Shown in pieces: positions 29,372 through 38,393 of a stretch of 64,000 nucleotides of DNA (position 1 is the first letter of the stretch; every line of letters begins with the position of its first letter). The translations under genes and the position numbers were made by a program. Source of the stretch: Candidatus Saccharimonadota bacterium (GTDB lineage: Bacteria > Patescibacteriota > Saccharimonadia > Saccharimonadales > AWTP1-31); contig JBPOHZ010000003.1 of NCBI GenBank assembly GCA_052034955.1, forward strand, positions 659-64,658, given 5' to 3'. The notes under the pieces were generated by a model. That model was not told the origin of the DNA and made no database searches. It worked only from the letters and a program-made list of their open reading frames with translations.

Positions 29372-30475
29372 ATGAGTAAAAGAGATTACTACGAGGTTCT
29401 GGGCGTCAGCAAAGGCGCATCGGACGATGAGATAAAGAAAGCCTTCCGCAAAAAGGCTATCGAACACCACCCCGACAAAGAAGGTGGTGATGAGTCCAAG
29501 TTCCAGGAGGCCAACGAAGCCTACGAAGTACTCAAAGACGAACGCAAAAGACAGCGTTATGATCAATTCGGTCATGCCGGTGTCGGAAGTAGTGCAGCCA
29601 GCGACGGAGGCAACCCATATGCTGGTTTTGGTGGCGGTGCCCAGAATTTTGACTTTGGTGATCTTGGATTTGGTGACATCTTTAACAGCTTCTTTGGTGG
29701 CGGAAGTCCAGGTGGTCAAGGCCAGCGACAAGCTAGGGGGAGGGATGTTGAAACTAGCGTTGACCTGAGCTTCGAAGAGGCCGTCTTTGGCAAGGAACAC
29801 GACCTACACATTACCCTAGACGACATCTGCGAGCACTGTAAGGGAACAACCGCCGAACCGGGACATGAACTAAAGACATGCGATACCTGTAAAGGGAGTG
29901 GGCAGACCATGCGGGTAACCAGAACAGTATTTGGTGATATCCAACAAGCAACCATTTGTAATACCTGTAAGGGGGCTGGAAAGGTTCCCGAAAAAGAATG
30001 TTCTGTCTGCCACGGCAAGGGTACTCAACACAAGAAACAAGACATCAGAATAAAGATTCCAGCCGGTATTGATGATGGCGCTACCATTAGACTTAGTGAA
30101 AAAGGCGAAGCCGTAGCCAATGGGCCCAAAGGAGACTTATATGTCCATGTTCGTGTAAAGCCCCACAAACATTTCACCCGAGAGGGTGACCTGGTCTTGA
30201 GCGAAGAGCACGTTGCCATGGTTGGCGCAGCACTGGGTACCGAAATTGATGTTGAAACAGTCGATGGCCCGGTTCGCATCAAAATCCCGGCTGGCACTCA
30301 AAGTGGCACTGACTTTAAATTATCGGGTCATGGTGTTACTCATCTAAACAGTATTGGCCGAGGCGCTCACATCGTAACCGTTATCGTTGACACTCCAACC
30401 AAACTCAGTAAGCAGCAACAAGAGTTACTTCTTAAATTCCACGATGCTTCTGCCAAACACCGACTATTCCGTTAG
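29372..30475 (+). CDS. dnaJ: Co-chaperone DnaJ (type I)
   Basis: J-domain with HPDK, a G/F-rich linker, and four CxxCxGxG zinc-finger repeats (CEHCKGTT, CDTCKGSG, CNTCKGAG, CSVCHGKG). Confidence 0.97.
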   Translation: MSKRDYYEVLGVSKGASDDEIKKAFRKKAIEHHPDKEGGDESKFQEANEAYEVLKDERKRQRYDQFGHAGVGSSAASDGGNPYAGFGGGAQNFDFGDLGFGDIFNSFFGGGSPGGQGQRQARGRDVETSVDLSFEEAVFGKEHDLHITLDDICEHCKGTTAEPGHELKTCDTCKGSGQTMRVTRTVFGDIQQATICNTCKGAGKVPEKECSVCHGKGTQHKKQDIRIKIPAGIDDGATIRLSEKGEAVANGPKGDLYVHVRVKPHKHFTREGDLVLSEEHVAMVGAALGTEIDVETVDGPVRIKIPAGTQSGTDFKLSGHGVTHLNSIGRGAHIVTVIVDTPTKLSKQQQELLLKFHDASAKHRLFR

Positions 30476-30526
30476 ATAATCATTATTAATCGACAAAATG
30501 GGCTAAAAGTGATATAATATATTCTT

Positions 30527-31312
30527 ATGTCAGTTGAAATAGCACCAAATACCGCCTTTGTTCTATGTGGATCTTCACTGATGAGAGAGTCTAGCTCCAT
30601 AGAAGGGCTCGATCTCAGTGGAGCATCTTCGCCAACTGTTTTGACTATTCCTACTGCAAAACATACCAAAGAACGTTTCGATGGTCATGTTGAGGCATCA
30701 AAAAAACACTTTGCTAAGTTAGGTGTTGAAGTTTTAAATCTTCATGAATTTGATATACCTCCAAGTCAGCAGGAGATAGATGACAAAGTGGGCAGGGCAG
30801 ATATGATTTGGGTAACAGGCGGTGACACATTAAAAGCTATGGACTTCTGGGATGAGACAGGTATTACCGATGCTGTTATTAAAGCTGCCTCATGGGGGAC
30901 CGTTATGTCTGGTGGAAGCGCCGGTATGTTGGCTTGGATGCAAACGGGTCATAGTGACTGGGAGTCTTTTCGGGCAGCTGGTCCGGAAGATGAATGGGAC
31001 TACCGACCAATTCGAGGCCTTGGACTAATTGCCGCTACTGGTTGCCCTCATTACGAAACAGCAACTGAAGGTGGAGAAATGCGCGAAGCAAGTTTTAAGA
31101 GAATGCTTATGAATGATAACAGTCTGCCAACTCCAGCTATAGGCATTACCAACTCGGCTGCTTTAGCACTTTTCGATGGATACTACAGAGTATTCGAAGC
31201 TCCATACAAAGATGATCCGCCCGTAGAAGTACATGTATTAGGTCGAACAGAGGATGGTTTGAGCGACCGTTTATTGCCTGTTTCGTCAGGCTATCAGCCG
31301 ATAGACTTTTAA
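30527..31312 (+). CDS. Peptidase S51 family protein (dipeptidase E / cyanophycinase-like)
   Basis: GGDTLKAM and the nucleophile motif SGGSAGM. TATAAT at 30513-30518 lies 8 nt upstream of the ATG. Confidence 0.75.
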   Translation: MSVEIAPNTAFVLCGSSLMRESSSIEGLDLSGASSPTVLTIPTAKHTKERFDGHVEASKKHFAKLGVEVLNLHEFDIPPSQQEIDDKVGRADMIWVTGGDTLKAMDFWDETGITDAVIKAASWGTVMSGGSAGMLAWMQTGHSDWESFRAAGPEDEWDYRPIRGLGLIAATGCPHYETATEGGEMREASFKRMLMNDNSLPTPAIGITNSAALALFDGYYRVFEAPYKDDPPVEVHVLGRTEDGLSDRLLPVSSGYQPIDF

Positions 31313-32040
31313 TTTACGGTATTACGCCGAAAGTGTTTATCTATGTAAAGCTTTCCGTCAGCTTCTTGTAATAAATCACTCAGGCTATGGTGAATCTCGG
31401 GGTCATAGATAGCTAGGCCACCACTGATGCCGACACCTTTACCTGCAAATTTACTGTTGCCAATTTTTTCGTCTAAAGAAGCTTGGACGCGTTCGATTAC
31501 AATATTGACACGCTCCAAGACATTCAAGGAAGTATCTTCCTCGCGGGGGGTGGTATCAAAGACGACGACAAATTCATCTCCACCCAGACGTCCAACGAGG
31601 TCATAATCACGAACGTTATCAGTAATGATTCGCGCAATTTCTTTTAGAAGTATGTCGCCTTCTTCGTGACCATGATCATCGTTAACTTTTTTAAACTTAT
31701 CAACATCAAAGAAAATGATAGCCGTGTTAGAACTAAGGTTGAGCATTTCAGTTCCCTTTTCAATAATTCCACGTCGGTTAAGTAGTCCCGTTAGCTCGTC
31801 GTGCGTGCTGCGGTACTCGGCCTCGGCGGCTATTCTTCTGGCTTCCTCGGCTTCTGCTAATGCTTTTTGAGTCAGCTCTTCGGACTCCAAGATGTCTGCC
31901 CGTGATATTATTGCTGCCATATTTCCGTTCAAGGCAGTTCGGAACATTGGGTTTTGGGCGAGCTCATCGGCTGCCAAGTCAGGAATCAGACCGAGCGCGC
32001 CATACCCCATCAGACTTTCGTAAGAATTGAAGTCTTTCAT
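31309..32040 (-). CDS. GGDEF-domain diguanylate cyclase with an I-site
   Basis: LTGLLNRRG, FFDVDKFKKVNDDHGHEEGD and RDYD-LVGRL-GGDEF (RxxD five residues before GGDEF). The start at 32040 gives a TAATG overlap with the upstream ORF. The ORF track extends to 32091. Confidence 0.85.
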   Translation of the reverse strand: MKDFNSYESLMGYGALGLIPDLAADELAQNPMFRTALNGNMAAIISRADILESEELTQKALAEAEEARRIAAEAEYRSTHDELTGLLNRRGIIEKGTEMLNLSSNTAIIFFDVDKFKKVNDDHGHEEGDILLKEIARIITDNVRDYDLVGRLGGDEFVVVFDTTPREEDTSLNVLERVNIVIERVQASLDEKIGNSKFAGKGVGISGGLAIYDPEIHHSLSDLLQEADGKLYIDKHFRRNTVN

Positions 32041-32693
32041 TATTCTTTTGCTCCCAGGATTCCCATAGCCACGCAGGCTAATGTCTTCCACTGCTTAAAG
32101 CTTTTTTCCTCACAAGGTAGATCGGCACCTTTTTCGAGATGAAAGAAAGATTTTGCAATTACTTCTGCAGCACCGGCAGGCGTCGCAAGAAGTTCAGCAG
32201 TTTCTGGCGGTACAAGTTTGGTAGTTACCATAGCCAGGTCATTAAATAGATTGGCCGGCGGTATAGATACCACTAGCTCGCCTGCGCAAAACCGGTTAGA
32301 AACGTACTCGGCACAGGCAGTTACAAGTTCGGTAGATTGTAACGATGGTTCATTGACCAAACTTACGGCTCTAAATAAAGAGTCGGCAATATACAGATGA
32401 GACTGATTGGCAGTAAGAACCATGTCGACATCACCATAGGCAAGTGCCATGTCCTGTATTACGTCATCAATCAAGAATAGATCACGCGGAAAATCGGAAT
32501 CATATATCGGGTCCTGGATGTCGCCAAAATCATCGAGGTCAGGGTTATAAGTGTAGCTTTCTTTCACAAAAAAATCCTCCGGTCGCTTGGAACCAAAGGA
32601 TGACGTGAATATGCTTCGCGTATGCCGTGGGTTCGCTATTAGCTCCCTGTGATTCAAGCGACCAAAATACAAATCACAGTTCATTGCTGACAC
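32040..32693 (-). CDS. Hypothetical protein translationally coupled to the GGDEF gene
   Basis: A 217-aa ORF whose stop overlaps the GGDEF start by 1 nt. No motif recognised. Confidence 0.55.
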   Translation of the reverse strand: MSAMNCDLYFGRLNHRELIANPRHTRSIFTSSFGSKRPEDFFVKESYTYNPDLDDFGDIQDPIYDSDFPRDLFLIDDVIQDMALAYGDVDMVLTANQSHLYIADSLFRAVSLVNEPSLQSTELVTACAEYVSNRFCAGELVVSIPPANLFNDLAMVTTKLVPPETAELLATPAGAAEVIAKSFFHLEKGADLPCEEKSFKQWKTLACVAMGILGAKE

Positions 32694-32762
32694 ACCGTAA
32701 AATATTACGGGAAGATCATTTTAGCATATGAAGGTAACATTGTCAATAGTCTTGCAGGCAAC

Positions 32763-32796
32763 AAAAAACCTCAGGTTGTTATTGCCTGAGGTTTTT
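32763..32796 (-). terminator. Rho-independent terminator of the vWA surface-protein gene (bidirectional shape)
   Basis: AACCTCAGG-N9-CCTGAGGTT is a perfect 9-bp stem flanked by an A-run and a T-run. It starts 14 nt after the stop at 32810. Confidence 0.7.
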
Positions 32797-32809
32797 GTTG
32801 GATTCTCTG

Positions 32810-35800
32810 CTATTGCTTCTTGCGAGTTAGGCCAAGCGTTAGGCCAAACAAGATTGTGCTCGAGGCTGCTATTGCTGCCAAGATGGCGGAGTTGCTTTGT
32901 TGACCGGTAACTTGCAGGGTAGTTTGGTCATCTTCTGCTTCGACCTGTGGCTTAACAGGGATACTTAGAGTGTGATTGTCGCTATCGCAGGTAACTGGTT
33001 TACGGATTATGACAGATGTTGCACGGATATTGTCTACTAAGACTTCGTCTTCCCGTTCGCCATATGGTTCGTAGGCACAAGCCTCGACGGTGTTGATGAC
33101 ATCATCTGTTTGATCGGCTGGTATGCTGTAGACTCCTTGGTATATCCAAGTCTCGGTTAGCTCTAGGATATTGTTATTGTTAGTATCTCCAGATACAAAA
33201 CTGCCGTTACCAGTTAGCGTATCTACAACACTTAGACCGGTTAGGTTGACGTCGCCAACATTTGTAACTGTAAAGGTGTAGGTAACGTCACTTCCGGCAG
33301 GAGCAGTTGATGGGCCAGACTTAACAACTTTGATTCTTGGGTGAAGAATGTCTAGGGTATGGTTGTCGGTAGCAGTTACATTTGACTGGGTAGAGATTGA
33401 TGATCCAGTGGCTGTGACTGTATTTACTACGTTATCCATTTGAGGACTTGGAACAACGTATGACGCGCTGCACCAAGTTGATTCGCCTGGGTTAAGTGTG
33501 GTTGTGCTGCAAGTTTCGCCGGTGGCTATGTCGTCATCTACAGAGACGTTTGTTAAGACAGTGTCGCCATTGTTTGTCACATAGAAGCTGTACCATACTG
33601 TATCGCCTTCGTGGGCGGTATCTGGGCCATACTTCTGAACACTAATTGATGGGTGAGCAATATCGTCGTTGGTGATGGTGCAAACTTTTAGTTGGCCGAT
33701 TGCTATTGTTCCGTTGCAATCCCCGCTAAAGGTTTGGGTATAGCCATCGTAATTAACTTCGTTAACAGAATACATTCCTTCGTTCAGGCCAATGTGAGTG
33801 CCGTTAGAATTTCCAGGGAAGTTTGGCACATTTGCAGTGTTACCAGTTACGGTCATTTCGAAATCGCTAGAAACTTTGGTGCCGCTGTTATCGTTGACTA
33901 CTACTTTTACAACCTTTAGCTTGGGCTGGATAGCTGTGTTAGTGAAGGTACATGTAGCTTGTCCGTCTAGGCTAAGCATTAGGTTGGCAATATCACCATC
34001 ACGCTTACAATCACCGCTTATGTCGGTTAGTTCGTAGCCAGCTTGCTGGGTTTCGCTTGCAACATGATGTCCGGCATTAAATTGTGTAGTAGATATTCCT
34101 GAGTAGACAACCTGTCCATCTACGAATAGGTTAAAGGCACTAGCTGGTAGTGGTGTACCAAATGGATTAACAACGTTTTTGACAATAGTTAAGGTTGGCG
34201 CAATATCGTCATTGGTAATGGTGCAGGTGATATTCTGGCCTGACTCAACAACAACTGGGTTAGCTACAATTGCTTGGGTGGCGTCATTCTTGCATACTAG
34301 GCTGGTCTGCGCATAACCGGCATTTGTATCCTCTGAAACGGTATAAGTACCAGTGCTCACTTTAATTGTTTTACCATCTGATGATCCGGCGAATGGACTT
34401 CCGGTTACATCTGCATTTCCATTCTTAAGATGCATGGTAAAGTCGTTAGGACTAAGTTGGCCACCATTGTTATTCACGACAACTTTCTTAACTTTAATAC
34501 TGCCTGTGTCCCGAGCGTTACAAAGTGTTATACCTGATGTCAGGTTGGCAGAAACATGTACGGTAACCGGCAGAGTTGTTCCTGTAGGGTTTGTACAACT
34601 TGCCTGGGTGTTACCGGTTTGATACCAACCAGTAAAGTGATATCCAGATGGCATAGACTCGCTAACTTGGTGACTTCCAGTTGTAACGTTGCTTATTGTT
34701 CCGCCAAATGTAGTGTTTGCTCCACCATCAAGTTTCCAGAACATATTTTTAGATTGTGCCTCGGAGTTACCGCCTTCGTAAATACCATCTCCGTCGGCAT
34801 CAAGCTTTTTCTGTACCTGGACTGCACCCTTACTAGGAGTGTTTATGAATGTGCATGACACAATGTTGTCGCTTCCAACCACTACTCCGGTAACAGCATT
34901 ACTTTGCTTGCTTCCGTTGTTTGATGCACCACCACAGCTTGCAGAAACTAAATCGTATCCAGCTTGAGTAACTTCGTTCACGCTGTAAGTACCATTGCTT
35001 ACTGGAACGGCTACAGTCTTGCCGCTGGCATCTGTTGCCACTGCAGCAGGATTGCTTGGGCTTCCGTTGATATCAAATGACCAACCACTTGCTGGTACTT
35101 GATCGCCGGTAGTGTTTAAATTGCCATCTTGGTCGATAAGTTTAGTGGTGGTGATTGTTCCACCGCATGTTTGCTTAGCGAAAGCAGCAAGGTCGGCTGC
35201 CAGATTAGAGAAATTGGTGGTAATAACATCAGAAGTAAGAACATTACCAGTATTTACATTTGGACCAGAGATTGCTTGTAGTCTAGAAACGGTTGGGCTG
35301 CCAATTCCTAGCGCCAAGATTCTTGTCCCGGCAGTCTTGATTGAATCTGCAACTGCAACAGCAGGAGCTAGGTGAGCGTTTGGTTGGTCGGTGTCATTAG
35401 GGCCAGCGCTGCTCGCTGTAGGATCACCATCTGATGCAAACAATACTAAGTTAGGATTTGATCGGTTAGGTAGAGTGCTCGCAGCCTTGGTTAGACCATC
35501 TTGCCAGTTTGTATAGCCACCATTGGTAGGCACGCCGTTAATGGCATTATTAACGGTTGTGATGTTACTGGTGAAACCTTGAATGACAGAAGCGTTGGTT
35601 GCAAAACGAGTAACAGAGAATTGTGTAGGAGTACCGCTTAGGGCGTTTGTAAATGCCGTCATTGCACTCTTCATCTGATTCATTTCGGTGTTGCTGATAC
35701 TTGTTGAGTTATCAATAACAATAGCAATGTCTAGTCCACAAGATTGTGATAGCGATGGGTTAGCAACCGACTGAGTTACGGCTGCCGATGCGCTAGCGGG

Positions 35801-35902
35801 GGCAATAATTGCCGAAACAATCGGCGAGGCAATCTGTACAGCGAGCAACGTTGCCGCTAAAAGACCACTTTTAATCCTTCTTTTTAGTATTGTTCTAGCC
35901 AT
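32810..35902 (-). CDS. vWA-domain surface adhesin / pilus-tip-like protein with SpaA/prealbumin-like and DUF11 repeats and an LQVTG sorting-like signal
   Basis: Strong SD AAGGAGGAG. Signal peptide ..PASASA. MIDAS DNSTS in DIAIVIDNSTSIS. Repeated KVKKVVVN.. / KLKVVKVVVND.. beta-sandwich modules. Two DUF11-like modules. C-terminal LQVTG (nt 32903-32917) plus a hydrophobic helix plus RKKQ. Confidence 0.85.
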   Translation of the reverse strand: MARTILKRRIKSGLLAATLLAVQIASPIVSAIIAPASASAAVTQSVANPSLSQSCGLDIAIVIDNSTSISNTEMNQMKSAMTAFTNALSGTPTQFSVTRFATNASVIQGFTSNITTVNNAINGVPTNGGYTNWQDGLTKAASTLPNRSNPNLVLFASDGDPTASSAGPNDTDQPNAHLAPAVAVADSIKTAGTRILALGIGSPTVSRLQAISGPNVNTGNVLTSDVITTNFSNLAADLAAFAKQTCGGTITTTKLIDQDGNLNTTGDQVPASGWSFDINGSPSNPAAVATDASGKTVAVPVSNGTYSVNEVTQAGYDLVSASCGGASNNGSKQSNAVTGVVVGSDNIVSCTFINTPSKGAVQVQKKLDADGDGIYEGGNSEAQSKNMFWKLDGGANTTFGGTISNVTTGSHQVSESMPSGYHFTGWYQTGNTQASCTNPTGTTLPVTVHVSANLTSGITLCNARDTGSIKVKKVVVNNNGGQLSPNDFTMHLKNGNADVTGSPFAGSSDGKTIKVSTGTYTVSEDTNAGYAQTSLVCKNDATQAIVANPVVVESGQNITCTITNDDIAPTLTIVKNVVNPFGTPLPASAFNLFVDGQVVYSGISTTQFNAGHHVASETQQAGYELTDISGDCKRDGDIANLMLSLDGQATCTFTNTAIQPKLKVVKVVVNDNSGTKVSSDFEMTVTGNTANVPNFPGNSNGTHIGLNEGMYSVNEVNYDGYTQTFSGDCNGTIAIGQLKVCTITNDDIAHPSISVQKYGPDTAHEGDTVWYSFYVTNNGDTVLTNVSVDDDIATGETCSTTTLNPGESTWCSASYVVPSPQMDNVVNTVTATGSSISTQSNVTATDNHTLDILHPRIKVVKSGPSTAPAGSDVTYTFTVTNVGDVNLTGLSVVDTLTGNGSFVSGDTNNNNILELTETWIYQGVYSIPADQTDDVINTVEACAYEPYGEREDEVLVDNIRATSVIIRKPVTCDSDNHTLSIPVKPQVEAEDDQTTLQVTGQQSNSAILAAIAASSTILFGLTLGLTRKKQ

Positions 35903-36014
35903 TTCACTCCTCCTTGGTATTGCACACAGTTTGTCTATATAGAGTGCATTTTCTACCCAATTTGAAAAAAATGCAAATATATTTTATAGTGCTTATGGTT
36001 AACGGTCTGAGGAG

Positions 36015-37535
36015 TTAGAATTCGTTTATAACAGTGATTTTTGCGCCCAGGCTATTTAATCTTTCGGCAAGATCCTCGTAGCCACGATTAATGGTGTAAA
36101 CATTACGTAACAGGCTAGTGCCGGGTGCTGCTAGCATGCCAATCAATATAATCACTGCTGGTCTAATGCCGCTAGGCGCTACTAGGTCGGTTGGTCGCCA
36201 TTTGGTTGGCCCGTTTACGTATACGCGATGCGGATCAGCGAGTTCCATATTGACGCCAATCTTCTTCATCTCGGTGAACATCAGTGCTCGGTCTTCGTAT
36301 ACCCAGTCATGGATCAGAGTTCGGCCCTTAGAAACTGCAGCAATTGGTACAAAGTAAGGAAGGTGGTCAATGTTAAGACCAGGGAAGGGACGACCATACA
36401 CTTTTTCGGCCGGGGCAACCAACTTGCCATCGTGTTTGAATACCGTAAGGTCAACTAGATCAGTCTGTCCGTTGTGTGCTTTGTAGACTTTGGATGTTTC
36501 GAACTTGAGCCCCATTTTTTCCAACTTAAGTAGCTCTAGTTCCATAAAGTCTATCGGCACTCGACGTATGGTAATACTGGAGTTGGTAGTTACTGCTGCA
36601 GCTAAGAAGGTCATGGCCTCTACGGGATCTTCGCTTGGGCTAAAAGTAATATTCTTCTTAATATTCTTTACGCCAGTAACCTTGAGTGTACTTGTGCCAA
36701 TGCCTTCGATCTTTACGCCAAGACGCTTTAGGAAGAAGCATAGATCTTGAACCATATAGTTAGCGCTAGCCATTTTGATAATCGTCTCTTCTTCAAAACC
36801 AGCTGCCGCCATAAGTATGTTTTCGGTGGTGGTATCGCCAGATTCATATAAAACTACCGGTCGCTTTGGGGCTGTATGGTGGGCGGTAACGTGGTAGTGG
36901 CCAGTCTTGGTATAGACTTCGGTGCCAAATTCCTCCAATGCATACAAGTGAGGCAAGACTGTTCGTCGTCCTAGTTCGCAGCCACCAGCATAAGGTATGT
37001 TGAACTGTTTTTGGAGGTGCATCATAGGCCCAATAAACATGATTACGCTTCGAGTCCGCTTAGCGGCTTCTTTATTCATTTTATCGAAATCAAGTTTGGC
37101 AGGAGGTTTGATTTCTAGGTCATCACCAATCCATCTTACGGCAACACCTATACTCCTCAGAACTTCAACCAGTCGATTAACTTCTTCGATTTTGGGAGCA
37201 TTCTTTAAACGAGTTGTCCCCTTGTTGAGCAGGCTGGCGCACAGTAGTGCTACGGTGGCATTCTTGGAATTTTTGAGGGTAACTTCACCACTAAGCTCAT
37301 GACCACCTTCTACTTGTAGATTAACGGCACCACCCGAAATACTAATAAGTGGTTTGTTAAGTACGTCACTTATTCTTCCTAGGGTGTCTAGGCTCATGTT
37401 TTGACGACCATGTTCGATACGATTGACGGCCGACTGGCTCGTATTGAGCTTTCGAGCAAACTCGGCCTGAGTCATGCCTCTTTCTTGTCTTATCTGGTAA
37501 ATTAGCTGACCGATCTTTTCGTTTGTGTCTGACAT
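36015..37535 (-). CDS. murA: XRE-family HTH domain fused to UDP-N-acetylglucosamine 1-carboxyvinyltransferase (MurA)
   Basis: Residues 1-65 (IGQLIYQIRQERGMTQAEFARKLNTSQSAVNRIEHGRQNMSLDTLGRISDVL) form a classic XRE HTH. From residue 70 on the protein aligns with full-length MurA (L.GEVTL.NSKNATVALLCASLL; active-site loop AGGCELGRR with the Cys). It is a single uninterrupted 506-aa ORF. Confidence 0.9.
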   Translation of the reverse strand: MSDTNEKIGQLIYQIRQERGMTQAEFARKLNTSQSAVNRIEHGRQNMSLDTLGRISDVLNKPLISISGGAVNLQVEGGHELSGEVTLKNSKNATVALLCASLLNKGTTRLKNAPKIEEVNRLVEVLRSIGVAVRWIGDDLEIKPPAKLDFDKMNKEAAKRTRSVIMFIGPMMHLQKQFNIPYAGGCELGRRTVLPHLYALEEFGTEVYTKTGHYHVTAHHTAPKRPVVLYESGDTTTENILMAAAGFEEETIIKMASANYMVQDLCFFLKRLGVKIEGIGTSTLKVTGVKNIKKNITFSPSEDPVEAMTFLAAAVTTNSSITIRRVPIDFMELELLKLEKMGLKFETSKVYKAHNGQTDLVDLTVFKHDGKLVAPAEKVYGRPFPGLNIDHLPYFVPIAAVSKGRTLIHDWVYEDRALMFTEMKKIGVNMELADPHRVYVNGPTKWRPTDLVAPSGIRPAVIILIGMLAAPGTSLLRNVYTINRGYEDLAERLNSLGAKITVINEF

Positions 37536-37599
37536 AGGAGCTCAATATATACCCTACGAGGTATCAAATCAATATTGAAATCATAAGCGTGGTGTGCTA

Positions 37600-37680
37600 G
37601 GCGGCGGGCAATATTACTTTCTCGGCAAGAGTCCTCGGCTTCGCCTGCGGATTGCCTCGTAAGCAACACTGCCCGCCACC
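37600..37680. other. GC-rich nested stem-loop element between the P-loop kinase gene and HTH-murA (candidate structured RNA or atypical terminator)
   Basis: The outer stem GGCGGCGGGCA / TGCCCGCCACC (1 mismatch) encloses the nested helices GGCAA/TTGCC, TCC/GGA and GGC/GCC. The region is locally much more GC-rich than its surroundings. There is no U-tract. Confidence 0.4.
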
Positions 37681-37686
37681 AACATG

Positions 37687-38337
37687 CTACTTTAGTGAAT
37701 CCAGTTTGGCTTTAATGGTCTTTATGACTTTATCGTGGTCAAACATATCTTCGTCATGCAAAGTGATGTCTGGTGGATAATGTTCCGCGAATCGCTTCAT
37801 ATGAACGTCGTGCTCTTCGATAAGCTCAACGAGTCTATCGGCTAAGACTCCCGGCTTATCGCCGCGTTTTCTAATTAACTCTCTACGTTTTTCTGGCGAT
37901 ATGTCTAGGGCAATAATAAAATTCTGATAACCTTTTCGATTGAAAATAGGCAAGATACGGTCAAAGTACCATCCAGTTACTCCATCTCTTACAATCAGTC
38001 CATTCGTTGTCAGATCATCAAGTCTATTATATAGATCCATAGTGTATGACCAGGTGTAGATATTCCTATCTTCTCTTGTCATTTCTGGATCAAATTCAAT
38101 CAACCATTTTTTAACTTCGTCGTTCTCAAGTACAACAGCATTTAGCTCGTCTTGAATCCTAGCAGATAAAGATGACTTACCGACAGCATTACCTCCCGAA
38201 TAGGTGACAAGGAGCTTAGGATTATTTGCATCAAGGTTCTTGAGGCTGGGTATATAATGCTCGTCTAGATACTCCTTAACATCTTCGGGTAATCGCCTTA
38301 CTGGATCTTTGGCGTAGCTTTCTGTTAGTAGTGACAT
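37687..38337 (-). CDS. P-loop small-molecule kinase, zeta/PezT-toxin-like by motif spacing
   Basis: Walker A SGGNAVGKSSL (nt about 38173-38199). About 20 aa later comes AVVLENDEVKK, then GLIVRDGVTG and KGYQNFIIAL. This assignment is by eye only. The protein could be another AAA_33-type kinase. Confidence 0.6.
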   Translation of the reverse strand: MSLLTESYAKDPVRRLPEDVKEYLDEHYIPSLKNLDANNPKLLVTYSGGNAVGKSSLSARIQDELNAVVLENDEVKKWLIEFDPEMTREDRNIYTWSYTMDLYNRLDDLTTNGLIVRDGVTGWYFDRILPIFNRKGYQNFIIALDISPEKRRELIRKRGDKPGVLADRLVELIEEHDVHMKRFAEHYPPDITLHDEDMFDHDKVIKTIKAKLDSLK

Positions 38338-38393
38338 ATTTTAGTAGTATACCAACTGTACAATGATCATCCCAGCCTGGTACCATAGAGGGA

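Noticed and set aside
37549-37564. Inverted repeat ATACC-N6-GGTAT over the HTH-murA promoter, as an operator for the fused HTH.
   Set aside because: The arms are only 5 bp in AT-rich DNA, so such a match is expected by chance many times in the window. It is worth testing only if the HTH domain is studied experimentally.
37600-37680. The GC-rich hairpin as SRP (4.5S) RNA.
   Set aside because: Neither strand contains the conserved domain IV features (a GNRA/GGAA tetraloop flanked by the AGCA and GGAA-type symmetric or asymmetric loops). The apical loop is a GAA/UUC triloop.
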